Assembly: GCF_039654945.1 (NCBI RefSeq)
Contig: NW_027361700.1
Coordinates: 12,834,001-12,898,000 of the forward strand
DNA length: 64,000 bases
Origin: Dendrobates tinctorius
Lineage: Eukaryota
Reading direction: 5' to 3'
Shown in pieces: positions 40,867 to 54,359 of the stretch. Below the pieces are notes generated by a model that ran no database searches, was not told the DNA's origin, and saw only the letters and a program-made list of their open reading frames with translations. Within the stretch, counting starts at the first letter, position 1. The number at the start of each line of letters is the position of its first letter. The position numbers and the translations under genes are program-made.

Positions 40867-41150
40867 TGGGATAGATGGTTTGATAGATATGAGATGGATC
40901 GATAGATATGGGATAGATAGATAGATAGATAGATAGTTATGGGATAGATAGATAGACAGATAGATAGATATGGGACAAATAGATATGAGAGATAGATAGA
41001 NNNNNNNNNNNNNNNNNNNNNNNNNNNNNNNNNNNNNNNNNNNNNNNNNNNNNNNNNNNNNNNNNNNNNNNNNNNNNNNNNNNNNNNNNNNNNNNNNNNN
41101 NNNNNNNNNNNNNNNNNNNNNNNNNNNNATGGATGGATATGGGATAGATG

Positions 41151-41190
<40 letters not shown>

Positions 41191-41219
41191 TGAGATAGAT
41201 AGATATGAGGTAGATATGG

Positions 41220-41278
<59 letters not shown>

Positions 41279-41314
41279 TCTAGCAGATTTAGACCTTGAC
41301 ATTTTTTTTCTGTC

Positions 41315-41348
<34 letters not shown>

Positions 41349-41350
41349 TG

Positions 41351-41394
<44 letters not shown>

Positions 41395-41429
41395 TCTAGC
41401 AGATTTAGACCTTGACATTTTTTTCTGTC

Positions 41430-41468
<39 letters not shown>
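40772..41468. repeat. (TAGA)n/(GATA)n microsatellite complex with a gap and a duplicated ~40-bp spacer
   Basis: Directly visible. Confidence 0.9.
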
Positions 41469-41469
<1 letters not shown>

Positions 41470-42802
41470 ACAGTAGTATCAGTTTTGATGTTCTTCTCCA
41501 TGTGCCCAACATAAGAAACTAAGAAACTATGGCGTTTTTTCCTGGTTATAGAAGCCTGATATAAATATATGTGAACTCAGACTTAAGAGTATAAGAATAG
41601 CATAAACAATTGATGATTGATTGGAAAAATAGATATTAAACAAATATTAACATTCATTGTAAACTAGAATTCAGATTTGGTTTATTGATGTGTTTGTTCT
41701 AATCTGATGATGAAATAGTTGAAGAATCTTCTGGAGGAGCAGATGCTCCATGTTCTGTGTTCCTCTGCACAGCACATAATGTATGGAGGTCTGAGCGATG
41801 CTGGACAATGGTAGAACTGTTTCTAGGTGCAGAAAGTTCCTTAGATTTTTCACACTCAACTGAAAATTAATGTGGATTCCTCTGTGTTGTCTTCTATGTG
41901 CCCCAGATTGTTTGGTGGGTAAATTGGTGACCAGAGTGTAAATGGCAGGAGCTCTGCCCTGGCACAGTAGATAAAAGCGCCTTGTAGTTCACCTCCTACT
42001 TCCTTCACACTTGGGTCACAAAGTCTAACAAAAGCTTCCTTGCAGTGGGAGAGGATGGTGTATGGAGGTCAGGACTGGCTGGTGGCAGCTGAGTAAAGCA
42101 CTGGACAGTCACTGGCTTCACACATTGTAATGCCATTTGTAGGAAGAGCTGCAGATCTCCTGTAAGTGGCTGTGTGGTTGTAAGATCGGGTCATTAAAAG
42201 ATCGTATTTTACTATGGATTTTACAAAGAAATCGATGCATTGGAAGAAAAAAAACCAGGTCAGCCGTGATTTAGACTGGTATGGGGGGACAGTGCAGAGG
42301 TTTGGGGGGCTGCTGGCCTCAAGTCATCTTGCAGGTAGCCCCTCTGTAGAAGTTTCTCTATTGTCTTTATAGCTTGAAAAAATGGATCGTGCTGGTGAAT
42401 TCATAAGTTGGGTCTAATTAGACATCGGGCCAAGTACTTGTACAACTTGTGAAACTTTACATTTCTTTGTATAATACATGTGAGTACTTCTCTGTATGTG
42501 TGTCTGCATTCTCTAGTGTTAGCACAGTGCGCAGTAGTTGTAGCAGCAGTAACAATGATAGGACAGGTCACTTGGATATTAGGGGCCTTTTCATAGGTCT
42601 CAGCTCAAACAGTAGACGATATTTAAAGATGCAGATGTTGTCATTGACTCCAATTCATCATGATTACATAGATTTTTATCTGCAGTTTTACAGTTTTACA
42701 TAGGACTGCAGGTAAATCTACTGATTTTAAATCCCAACACAAATAAACATCTCTATGATCAATCTCACTTTGCTGCAGTTGTATGAGTTTATTAACAGTA
42801 AT

Positions 42803-42858
<56 letters not shown>

Positions 42859-45439
42859 TGCACTCCCTCCACACTGAGTAGCTTTTTTCTGGTGGAAAAA
42901 AAAAATTGAAGTCACATCTGACCCTGTTAAATTCTTTATCTATACTTGCTGCGACATGACTATATACCATTTACATTGTTCCTTTCAGTAGAATGTGATG
43001 TATAAAATGAATGGAGCAGACATTAGAAGTAATTATTGAAGTCTCTGCTGTCTGTCCTATGCACTGATATATAAAACTCTATTATCCTCCTTCGTTTCTC
43101 TGCTCATAAAACGAATTAATGGACCCGGTTGTACAAGTTGAAAATCTCCTTGTACAACTTGAAACTAGAGGAAATCGAACTCTAATATGAAGGCACATTC
43201 CACTTTAATAACCCAATTATTATGTGGGGAGAATCAATGTATATTATCATGTAATCACAGTGTTTCCTGCCTCCCTCATATAGCTCAGGCCTGATTACAA
43301 TACACAGATTCTTTTCTGGAATTTTATGACTCAGATCAAAAAGAGGGAAAAGCAAAAGTTTGGTGCATGAACCCCTACAAGAAACCAGAGGAAAACTGTC
43401 TAAACATGTCTATCCTTTAGTCTGTAGTGAGCTTATGAGTTGGTGTGTATATATGTTTAAGTGTATGTGTATATCCATATAAATATTATCTATATAGCGC
43501 CATTGATTCCATGGTGCTGCACATGAGAAGGGGTTATATATATATAAATATTTAAGAACTCATAAACACACTGCATAATAAAGGAGAGACAAGTTCAAAC
43601 GGTGTTCCTTTTCTTTGTGGTAGGGGTTCATGCACCTGGATAGATGGATGGATGGATAGAGAGAGAAAGATAGATAGACACCTACAGTACATATATACAG
43701 AATTATGCACTAAGGGGATCAGTTCAAGAACAATCAAGAAAAAAAAAGAGGACGAGATGGAAACTTTATTCACCTATTTATTTTCTAGTTTTGGGAGTTG
43801 TTGTTTTTTTACAATCATTCATGTCATTTCTCTCCCTATGACCTATTATTTATATTTATATATTTATTTATTTTGGGGGTTCACCATCAATTATGTAATT
43901 CCTTTATGAGTTTTACAGAACCTCTACAGGTATACTAGATGTCTGTTATTCTGTGGGCTATTGGACGAAAAAAAAAGTAATGTCGCCAACTGCATCAGTA
44001 TATACAAAGTTATATGCTTCAGAATACACAAAGTACAACTTTTATTGGTTTACATATCAAATGCTTCTGACTCTCTGGATACAAAATGTTCTAATATTGC
44101 AAGTTTGCAATTAAGACATTAAATGGGATATATTATATTTGATTCATTAATTACATGGCAGTGTACTATTGGCATATAGGTTAATATACAAGTCCAAGTG
44201 TCCCGCAATATATCATTTGAGAAGGATATAAAGAAAATATATAATATAAGACAAAGCTAAAGAATATTTTTACATAAAGTAGTGAGAAGAACTTGTTGGA
44301 TGCCGAAAAGTAGATAGACAATGTTATGGCAAAAAAAAAAAAAATGTAATGTATTGTCGCAGATAAATAATGATTAGATAGATTGATAGATAGATAGATA
44401 GATATGGGATAGATATGGGATAGTTTGATTAAAAATAAAACACTTAAAGAGGTGTAGATAATAGCTANNNNNNNNNNNNNNNNNNNNNNNNNNNNNNNNN
44501 NNNNNNNNNNNNNNNNNNNNNNNNNNNNNNNNNNNNNNNNNNNNNNNNNNNNNNNNNNNNNNNNNNNNNNNNNNNNNNNNNNNNNNNNNNNNNNNNNNNN
44601 NNNNNNNNNNNNNNNNNNNNNNNNNNNNNNNNNNNNNNNNNNNNNNNNNNNNNNNTTTCAGATTGATATGGGATAGATAATAGATAGATAGATAGATAGA
44701 TAGATAGAGACATAGATATGGGATAGATAGCTCGATAGATAGATATCTCTTGACATTATGATGAGCAGACATATGTTTTACTATCAGGATCATGTAGCAG
44801 GACAGGCTGAAGCTGTTGAACTGGATTGATATTAATTTACCTGCATAATTCAGCAGGTTGTTCATTATCAGGCTCTAATGGATATTTGGGTTAATCTAAG
44901 CAGTTCATGTTTTATGGTAGAATAATACAGGAGTAGTCTAAGGTCATATATTTTTCCAGGGGAGGTAGGAAAGGATGGGGAGAACTATGAATATTAAGGG
45001 CTTGGGTCCTTCCATGTGCTCCATTCCAGGTCTGTTAGTGTATATTCTGCATGGTTAAGCGTTTGAGATGTTTCATCCATTTATGACCCTGTAAATGAGC
45101 AGCTTTCCCTGTGCAAATATCATTTCTCGTTTTGCTCGGGCAGCTTTCCACTAATCATAATAACACTGATAATAAATCGAATCCCCTTTCCCTTCCTAGC
45201 ACTCTGAGCCCTCGGGATGCAGGTAGTTGGTTGCAGCCATCAGTGTGCACAGGAGTAGCAGTTACAGTAGTGCGAGCAATGGGTGAGACAAGGTGACTGT
45301 GTGCAGCCTGCGAGTACCTGGTGCACTAGAAGGCATCACGACCTGCAGGGTGGAGGATGTGCCGCGCTCGGGGCTCAGGCGTGCAGCAGCCTCATCCACA
45401 TAAAACAATGGCTCCTTGATATGAATGCTGACAGCTCCG

Positions 45440-45520
45440 TGCGGCCCCTCCGATTGATTGATGGCTCTGTGACGCTTTATCAGGCTCACGGATAAAGTTT
45501 GACCAATCATTTGCCAGGAG
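45440..45520 (+). promoter_or_regulatory. HoxB9 proximal promoter motifs
   Basis: TGATTGATGG (Pbx/Hox-type, 45455-45464), TGACG, TTTAT/ATAAA and a CCAAT box (~45503), 130-190 bp before the ATG. Confidence 0.55.
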
Positions 45521-45636
45521 CTCAGGAGGCAGCAGCCCAAGTGCACTTTGTTGGCTGGGAAGTTGGGAAGGGAGAGCTCCGCATCTGTCCTGTGTCTGCC
45601 TCCCTTCCATGAACCTGCCTTGTATGATGTCCAAGA

Positions 45637-46141
45637 ATGTCCATTTCTGGAGCCCTCACTAACTACTTTGTGGAGTCCATAATAAGCCCTGACAGTGAGG
45701 AGCCTCCAGCACCCAAGTTCTCTGGCCAGTACTCCAGTCCCCGGGCTGCGGGACCCCCAGACACCCTGGACTTCCCCTCGTGTAGCTTCCAGCCCAAACC
45801 TCCAGTGTTCAGCGCGTCCTGGACCCCCCTGAACCCGCACAGCGCCGCTGCCGCCCCCCTGCCGCCTGTCTACCACCCCTACCTGCAGCCGGGCGCCCCC
45901 GCCTCAGAGAGCAGGTACCTACGGGGCTGGCTGGAGCCGCTGCCCAGGGCTGAGGCCGGACCGGGACAGGGAGCCGTGAAGGCTGAGCCGCTGCTGGGGC
46001 ACCCTGGGGAGCTGCACAAGCTGGGAGCCCAAGAGTACAGTCTAGAGGCGCCGGCTGCCAGAGAGGAGGCTAATGAGAGGCCCACCTACCCGGACAATAA
46101 AGGGTGCGAAGGAAGCCAGGACAAAGACAGGCCACATCAAA
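45637..46141 (+). CDS. hoxb9: Homeobox protein Hox-B9, exon 1
   Basis: MSISGALTNYFVESIIS...DFPSCSFQPK...YLRGWLEP; donor A|GTAAGT (phase 1). Confidence 0.97.
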
Positions 46142-46257
46142 GTAAGTCCCCCAACTGAGGAAGTCAGCCCAAGAGGAGGAAGAACCGGCCAGAGGGTGCA
46201 AGGAAGCAGCAGATCCTGTCCAGGGCCCAGGGAGGAACACATACAAGTAGTCATGAG

Positions 46258-46258
46258 G

Positions 46259-46308
<50 letters not shown>

Positions 46309-46314
46309 TGGGAG

Positions 46315-46347
<33 letters not shown>

Positions 46348-46577
46348 TGGGAGAGATAGATAGATAGATATGGGAGAGATAGATAGATATTAGATAGATA
46401 GATATGGGAGAGATAGATAGATATTAGATAGATAGATAGATAGATAGATAAAAGATAGAAAATAAAAAAGATAGAAGCAGCATACCATATGACATTTTAG
46501 AAAAAGCGTATTTTAATAGCCCATGTGGCGACGTTTCGGTCTCAAGTGCAGACCTTTCTCAAGCCAAATAAATAGAT

Positions 46578-46621
<44 letters not shown>

Positions 46622-46645
46622 TGGGATAGATAGATAGATAGATCT
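46258..46645. repeat. (TAGA)n microsatellite in the HoxB9 intron, interrupted by a ~100-bp Penelope-like insert
   Basis: Directly visible; insert at about 46470-46570. Confidence 0.85.
46526..46566 (-). ncRNA. Minimal type I hammerhead-ribozyme-like motif (Penelope-associated type)
   Basis: Minus strand UGGC-UUGAGAA-A-GGUCU-gcacuug-AGACC-GAAA-CG-UC-GCCA: 4-bp helix I, 5-bp helix II, U3/A8 variant core, palindromic ACGU in place of helix III. Confidence 0.55.
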
Positions 46646-47420
46646 ATAGGTAGAGCAATAACTCAGTAGTCGGTCAGTCTCCCTGATATATGACTTGCGC
46701 TTTTCTCCACCTTCATGGTGTAATGTTCTTACTAAATGTCACTTCTTGTTCTGTCACTTTAAGGATAATCCGATATCATTTATCTGCTGGACAATGATGG
46801 ATATATGCTAATAGTTCTGTCCTCAATATCTGACGATGCAAACCCTGTATTACTGCTACAGTAAGAATAGACAATAGGTGGTGGCAGGAGCCTGATGTGG
46901 AATTCCGGGGGAACATTGCATGTGGAGTGCGGCCATTACCTCTAGTTCTCCCACTTTCATCTGTCTGTAATACCACGCTCGTGGGTTCTGCTACTATAAG
47001 AACGGTAGTTGCTGTATATGATTCAATACACGATTAGTATACTGTGTTAGCAAGGACCCAACGAAAGAGTAATTAGCAATTGTAAATTTAGAGAAACCCC
47101 AGTAGCTGCAGATCCAGAAATCCGTGCTGTCTGCCCCGCCATCGCCGCCGGATTAGCGCCTATTAATTATTCACTCATTTAAATCTCTTTAATATTTCAT
47201 TTTCCTGCATATTATCTGGAGCAGGAGCTATACCAGGAGGATGCGGCCAGACACAGCCTCTGCCATGTGTATATGTGTATGTGATCCCTAGAAAACGGGT
47301 TTATTGTCAGGGAAGAAAATACATAATAGTCACCGATAAAACCGGTCACTGCCTGCTGCAGGACACTAACACTCATCAACCCCTGCCTCATAGAGAGACA
47401 CAGGATTTGCCAATGTAATG

Positions 47421-47452
<32 letters not shown>

Positions 47453-47456
<4 letters not shown>

Positions 47457-47527
47457 CTCAAAAAATAGAGGGAACACTAAAACATAGGACCCCATGTTTA
47501 AGTGTTCCCTTTATTTGTTTTGAGCAT

Positions 47528-47529
<2 letters not shown>
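47453..47529. mobile_element. ~75-bp Tc1-derived mini-MITE in (TA)n, HoxB9 intron
   Basis: Inverted ends TGCTCAAAAAATAGAGGGAACACT / AGTGTTCCCTTTATTTGTTTTGAGCA. Confidence 0.7.
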
Positions 47530-47573
<44 letters not shown>

Positions 47574-47910
47574 GCATATATCGTCTGTATAATATATTAA
47601 TATTTATAGTTAGTATTATATGTCTGTGATATATATATATAAACACACTTAGAACTAAATCGCTTTCCTGATCTATTCCTCAATTATATATATAGCTGTC
47701 AATCGCTCTCTTCATCTATTACTCTTCCATTATCTATTATTATAAATAAGTGGTTTTCTGTTCTTCTGCTTATCATTTATCTGCCTATGTAGATTTATTT
47801 ATGTACTTATTTCCCTATGTATCTGTGCTTATACCTATGCTTACCTAGTTATTGCCATTTTATAGAACTTTTCTAGGAAACTTATTTCTTCCTTATTCTT
47901 TCTTGTGCAG

Positions 47911-48146
47911 ATAACCCCTCTGCTAACTGGCTACACGCCCGATCCTCAAGGAAAAAGAGGTGTCCCTACACCAAATACCAGACCTTGGAGTTGGAGAAGG
48001 AATTTTTGTTTAACATGTACCTGACCAGGGACAGGAGGCATGAAGTGGCCAGACTGCTCAATCTGAGCGAGAGACAGGTCAAAATCTGGTTCCAGAACCG
48101 GAGGATGAAAATGAAGAAACTGAACAAGGAGCAAGGGAAGGATTAA
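47911..48146 (+). CDS. hoxb9: Homeobox protein Hox-B9, exon 2 (homeodomain); spliced protein 246 aa
   Basis: Acceptor TTGTGCAG|AT; [77 protein letters not shown]. Confidence 0.97.
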
Positions 48147-48898
48147 CCCCTTCTCTCCTCCCTCCAGAATGCACCTGCTCCCTATTTATGATTCCACTTG
48201 CATAGGACTTGGCCATCTTTGTTTGCATGACACACGGAGGCTGTGGTAGACTTGGCCAGGTAGTAGCAAGCAGACAGCTAATGTTCTTTTCTGTGCAGTC
48301 CTGTCCTACATGTCCACATGTTGTCCCTCTGCAGGGGATGTGGCACCTGCCTGGAGGTAGGAAGCTGCACATGGGTGGCACCTCGCATCCAGCAGATGAA
48401 GGTCCTCGCACATCCATCAGCATTATCACAGAGCTATAGATATATTTAATATTCACTTTCTCTAGTAGAACTTCAGCCAGCAAAACTCCCTTTTATACTG
48501 AGCCAGAAGATTATGACTAAAAGCACACTGGACAAAAAAAAAACCTCGATTTGCTAAAATAGTTTTTTAGAAAAAAAGAAAAAACAATTTCCAAAAAAAA
48601 AGTTATAAAGAAGTAAAAAAAAACGTTTTCTTTGTTTTTAGCACACTAGATCGACAGAAGACGGTGAATGTTCCCTAGAAGTAGATTATTTCTAATTTAT
48701 TGTGAAATGAAGTTTATACGAAATGTAGAATTTGTTCTTGTGTCAAGTCAAAGTATTTGTATATTTTTTATGTTGTTGAAATCTGCTATACTTGAAAGTT
48801 TTGTGTTTGTGTGTAAATCTCTATTAATGTAGTGTGTACTGGGGCTGACCCGGCTGTTTACAATGGACAAGGTCATCATGTGTTATTGGCAAACCATT

Positions 48899-48904
48899 AT
48901 TAAA
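48899..48904 (+). terminator. Candidate HoxB9 poly(A) signal ATTAAA
   Basis: Variant hexamer ~750 nt after the stop, just before low-complexity DNA begins. Confidence 0.4.
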
Positions 48905-49008
48905 CTACAGTAGTAATATAAGCTACCGGCTAGCCTCTTCATTTATCACTGCACACTGGGCTCAGATACATTATTCTTTACATATATAGTTACATTTATA
49001 TAGAGAGA

Positions 49009-49045
<37 letters not shown>

Positions 49046-49074
49046 TTGTTTCGCTTAATACGATGTATATATAT

Positions 49075-49145
49075 ACTGCTCAAAAAAATAAAGGGAAGAC
49101 TAACATACCACATCCTATGTGTTCCCTTTATTTTTGTGAGCAGTG
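49075..49145. mobile_element. Second mini-MITE of the same family, downstream of HoxB9
   Basis: ACTGCTCAAAAAAATAAAGGGAA / TTCCCTTTATTTTTGTGAGCAGTG within (TA)n. Confidence 0.7.
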
Positions 49146-49151
49146 TATAAA

Positions 49152-49216
<65 letters not shown>

Positions 49217-50667
49217 ATATTGTGTAATACTGGATGTGTAAATATAGATCACTTAATTCTGTATCTCTCTCAATATATATATATATATATTGCTTAGTAC
49301 TGTGTGTACATTTATATATTTATCACTTAATACTAGCTGTGTATGTACATATGTAAATATATATAGCTTAATACTATGTATACACAGTGTATATGTATAT
49401 ATTGTATACATATATATCGTTGTATGTGTGTATATATATATATATGCATGTGTTACTTTTTACTGTGTGTATTGAAGTTCAGCTATATATACATATATTT
49501 GCACGCACGGTATTAAACATTTGGAATATAAATATACACGTATATACATATATATGCATACATCTGCAAAATATATGTACATTTAATAGCTATAAGCTAT
49601 AAATAAAAATATATTCTATATGTGTTGCATGCATAATTATACTACCTACACAACTAATATATGTATATATGTGTGTGTGTATTGCATGTAAGTGTGTGTC
49701 TACATATAAATATCTATTTGTATATAGCAATATATAACATATATTTCTGTAGATATATTTAACAACTAGCTTTTGCTTTCTGATTGTTGACTCCTCTCTG
49801 TTCTCTAGACTATAGGAAAGCCTGGAGATTGCTATCACTGGGGGCCATGCATGGAGAGGCTGTGCAGAGGAGATTGCATTGTGGACCCCCATACTGGTGA
49901 CCTGATTTATAGAAAGTCTCTCCTGCTCTCCTACATCTCATCTGTCAGCTCTAGCAACCAGTCACCAATGTCCTTTTAATATTTTATTTTCCACCGACAT
50001 CAATTGAAAAATAATCGGACTTTGATCACTCGGGGAAGCAGAGACAGAGCTGAGAAGAGTATTGATGTTATTCTGGAGGGGCCTCTGCCTTTGCTGGTCT
50101 CTCTCTTTTTTTTTAGGGGCCTATTTGCATAATTCTTTGGAAAAACAAAAAAGGATGAAGGACTTAAAAAGCAAGTGCTGGTGATAAAAAGGAAAATTCC
50201 GTTTAGTGCTATGTCATAAAAGTATATAAGGGCTGTAAAAGTTTATAGGCAGAGAAGTGAGGAGACAGTGAGGAAGTTTCCTGGCTACAGAGGCTGCGAC
50301 TGGGAGGAACAAGCAAATACCTTTCAACAGCTCAGAGAAAATATATGATGAGGCAGAGGGAAGCTGGGAATTTCTGGAGCTTTTCAGAAGCCTTGGAAAC
50401 TCCTCTCTGGGGTTTAATGTCTTTTGTTCTTTCTTTTTTTTTTTTTACTCTGAGCAATTCCTGGCTGCAAGAATTCAAGCCATAAACTTTCAAACAAGAG
50501 AACTGTGGCCAGACGTCTGAAATTGTGTTTTCTTTATCAGTATCATACCAAAGCTGTCCAGACTCCCCCCCAGCCCAGCTCCAGTAAATGCTTCCCCTTT
50601 ACTCCTTTATTAACCACTTACCATCACCTAGATGTTTCAGGCAATACATACGCACCTTTTTGCATAA

Positions 50668-50706
<39 letters not shown>

Positions 50707-50831
50707 TATATATATATATTTATATATATATATATATATATATAAAAATTACTATGTGATAAACATCAGCTTTGAAGAGCAAAAGTTGGAGATCTTGACT
50801 CTACGGTTATCATTCAGATTATTCTTAGAAG

Positions 50832-50850
50832 CGCTCACTAGGTGGCGCTG
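50832..50850 (+). promoter_or_regulatory. CTCF-like motif between HoxB9 and HoxB8
   Basis: CGCTCACTAGGTGGCGCTG matches the CTCF core (CACTAGGTGGCGC). Confidence 0.65.
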
Positions 50851-51589
50851 TTGATCTATGAATTTTGGATTCTTCGCTCCAGTCCTTATAAACCACATAT
50901 AGAGAAAAGGTTTAAAAATTGCACTAAACCTACCCCTTTTTGCATAACAAAAATAGCTGTTCTTTCCCTTCCCAGAAATTGTTACGTCTGTTCGTCATAA
51001 GAAATAAAACACCAAAACAGAATATCTCCTAAATGTAACTTGAGCGAATAATTCAGCTTTATGACACTGTAAAACGTTTTAACAATCAGTAAATTAGTGA
51101 AGAATAGCACAGGGGGAAGATTAGTAGACTTTAGGATTGCTAGGATGCCGTTTTGGATATATTCTTCCCTGCAGATCGCACAGTGATATCCAAATCCACA
51201 GTAATTATATTGAGTGTTATGTGATGCTAGGACCTGGTGCTGACAGATCTTCTGGTCATTTCTGGACACCTCCTGTCAGGGAAAGTGGGTGCTAGATCAC
51301 CCGAGGATTCATCAAGTAGCAATCACATAGGATAATATGACATTCGGAGGCATAATCTGGAAGAGGGGGTAATTAGCATGATTATGTGGAAGAATGCTGA
51401 GCATTAAACGAAAGAGCATGGCTTCGGTGTGCCCTAATCTCCCATTGTAAGGCAATGTTTCCATAACCTCTAAATCTATGGGGACATATTCTGATATATT
51501 CCTTAATTTAATTTAACAATCCATTTAATTTACAGCAAAAAGTACTCTTGAGAACCTTTGCACCTCTATGGAAGCAATAGTGCATGTTT

Positions 51590-52430
51590 TATGTAATTGT
51601 TTATACATGTATATGGTTGTGTGCTTTTATATATATGTGTGTATGTGTTATGGATGTGTGCTCTCTGTGTTGTGCATGTGTCTGTATTTTATGCATGTTT
51701 AATGTGTGTGTTATACATTGATGCTATATGTGTGTTGTGCATGTGTTTATGAATTTGTGTGTGTCTTAGTGTGTTATATAAGTGTGCTATTTGTGTGTTG
51801 TGCATGTGTTTTTTATATGTAGGTTTGCTGTGTGTGTGTGTTCGTTTCTGTGATATATGTGTATGCTATTTGTGTGTTGTGCATGTGTCTGTATTTTATG
51901 CATGTTTAGTGTGTGCTATAAATTAATGCTGTGTGTTGTGCATGTGTTTGTGTTTATGTATGTTTCATGTGTGTGTGTGTTCTTTGTTTGTGTGCTATAT
52001 ATATATGTGTTCTGTTTGTGTGTTGTGTATATGTTTGTGTTTTATGTATGGCGTTTGTTCTATATGTGTGCTATCTGTGTGTTATATTTGTTTTATGTGT
52101 GTTTTCTCAGTGTGTGTGTTATATATGTATGTGCTATCTTTTTATTGTGCATGTGCTTTTTTGTTGTTTTTATGCATGTCTGATGTATGTGTGTGCTATA
52201 TATGTGTTCCATCTGTGTGTAGTGCATGTGCTTCTGTTTCTATGTAGATATGGTGTGTGTTACATATGTGTGCGATCTGTGTGATATATATGTTTGATGT
52301 GTGTTTTCAGCTTGTGTGTGTGCTATCTATCATCTATCTATTTATCTATCTATACATAATATATATACTATATCTGTATTGTTCATATTTTTGTGTTTTA
52401 TGTATGTATGGTGTGTGTGTTTTATACTCG
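51590..52430. repeat. Degenerate TG/TA-rich low-complexity tract
   Basis: Directly visible. Confidence 0.85.
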
Positions 52431-53459
52431 GGTGTACTAACAAGTTTCTGTCTTTTTTATATCACTTGTTCGCTTTACATTTCACAATGTTCCCATACAA
52501 TAACTCTTTCTCACACTTAAATTGCAAAACCAAACATGAAGTTATATCAAAACTTAATAATCAATAGCGTATTGTCACAGAAGACTGTCAAAAAGGATAA
52601 AAAAAATCTTGCATTAATAAATATGTATTCCTTGTACACTTTGACGCAAATTTCCCTGATCTGTGACGCCAGTAAATACAGATTCAGAGGTAACACATTT
52701 GTCAGCTGAACAACAGTCTTCCATAAATATTATTTACCAGACTCCATTTAAATGTAACATTTGCTTACTAGAATCCAAATCACATCACAGGAATGCGCTC
52801 TCAGAAAGACATATATTTCTATTGCCTGATAATGTGTCCCAATACAGTCATTTATATTGGACAGGTATATAGAATTTAGGCCTCCGAGGAAAGGTAGGTC
52901 CTAGGTACAGGTAGTATTTTATTGTGAATTACGTCTAAAGGAAACATAAATACATTTAAAGTCTGAAAGNNNNNNNNNNNNNNNNNNNNNNNNNNNNNNN
53001 NNNNNNNNNNNNNNNNNNNNNNNNNNNNNNNNNNNNNNNNNNNNNNNNNNNNNNNNNNNNNNNNNNNNNNNNNNNNNNNNNNNNNNNNNNNNNNNNNNNN
53101 NNNNNNNNNNNNNNNNNNNNNNNNNNNNNNNNNNNNNNNNNNNNNNNNNNNNNNNNNNNNNNNNNNNNNNNNNNNNNNNNNNNNNNNNNNNNNNNNNNNN
53201 NNNNNNNNNNNNNNNNNNNNNNNNNNNNNNNNNNNNNNNNNNNNNNNNNNNNNNNNNNNNNNNNNNNNNNNNNNNNNNNNNNNNNNNNNNNNNNNNNNNN
53301 NNNNNNNNNNNNNNNNNNNNNNNNNNNNNNNNNNNNNNNNNNNNNNNNNNNNNNNNNNNNNNNNNNNNNNNNNNNNNNNNNNNNNNNNNNNNNNNNNNNN
53401 NNNNNNNNNNNNNNNNNNNNNNNNNCAGCATCTGATATAGATGGACATGGCGCCTACAG

Positions 53460-54200
53460 CCACAGCAGCGCAGTACAGAGTAATAAAGGCGCCTATAAAG
53501 CAGTGTCTGTGGAAGGCGTTTATGGGAGGTGAATGGACCTGTGTGTTTTATCTGAGCGGTGAGATAAGGGGATTATTATTATGTGCAGGGATGATGGAGG
53601 ATGGGGGACGCAGAGAGACACCAGCAGTGACAGAGGCCAATGTTTGGGGGTCATCCCTGCCTCGTTCCCCTGCCTGGTCTGTGTAATAATAAGCAGTTGC
53701 CTGGAGGGGAAAGGAAAAAAAAAGGAAGAAAAAAACAGTCACAAAAAAAAAGAGAAAGTGTTATTGTGGAGACAATGATGATTTTAATTCAGTATTGACA
53801 CTCGCAGCATCTTGCTATAATAATGTGTGAGGTTCCAATCGAATCTGCTCTTTTATCGCTGTAATGGAGAAGCCTCGTAAACTGCTAACGCGTTTTATAT
53901 TCTGCGGCATAAACAAGCTCCCCATCTCGGCTTTACAGCCTTTTATCGTTTGCTAAACACTTTACAGCCCCTTTTCTATTGGGGGAGGGGGAGGGGATGT
54001 TCCTGCCCCTTTATCAATAATAGGGGGAATTGATCATTAAAATGTTAAATATGACTGGCTCGTTTGTTTTAAAATATGTTTAGCCTAAGAAACTGTATGA
54101 TTTGATAACTTGTATTAAAATACCAATTACATTTATTGGACCCTGTAAAAACTCGTAGCAATTAAATCGTGTACTTTTACAGTTTTCGAAAGCGACCCTG
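53460..54200. promoter_or_regulatory. Cdx/Hox-type motif cluster upstream of HoxB8 (candidate enhancer)
   Basis: Repeated TTTAT/ATAAA/TTTAC motifs (GTAATAAA, GTTTATGG, CTCGTAAA, GCATAAA, TTTACAGCC); position fits the Cdx-responsive upstream enhancer known for mouse Hoxb8. Confidence 0.5.
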
Positions 54201-54359
54201 ACATTTAAAAAGGCTAAAACTGCCTCGTTAAAATTTCCAAATTAACGGCTACATGTCCCCCCTCTTTGATTTTCTGCACTCCCCAAGAATCCATCTTTGG
54301 GGGGGCTAGGTATGTGGAGGTAGTTAACCATTAATGTGCAGATCCTCCACCTCTCCCCG

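Noticed and set aside
45219-45240. AGGTAGTT as possible mature miR-196
   Set aside because: Only the seed-like 8 nt match; the rest differs and I see no hairpin partner
45262-45876. 204-aa antisense ORF over HoxB9 exon 1 (and similar over HoxB7)
   Set aside because: Expected shadow ORFs of GC-rich coding sequence; no recognisable motif
49641-49648. ACTACCTA miR-196 seed match after HoxB9
   Set aside because: Lies in AT-rich low-complexity DNA beyond the likely poly(A) signal
51857-52567. Cys/Val-rich ORFs
   Set aside because: Low-complexity TG/TA repeat
52876-53463. ORFs spanning N runs (also near 23500, 41000, 44500, 56600, 62100)
   Set aside because: Artefacts of assembly gaps
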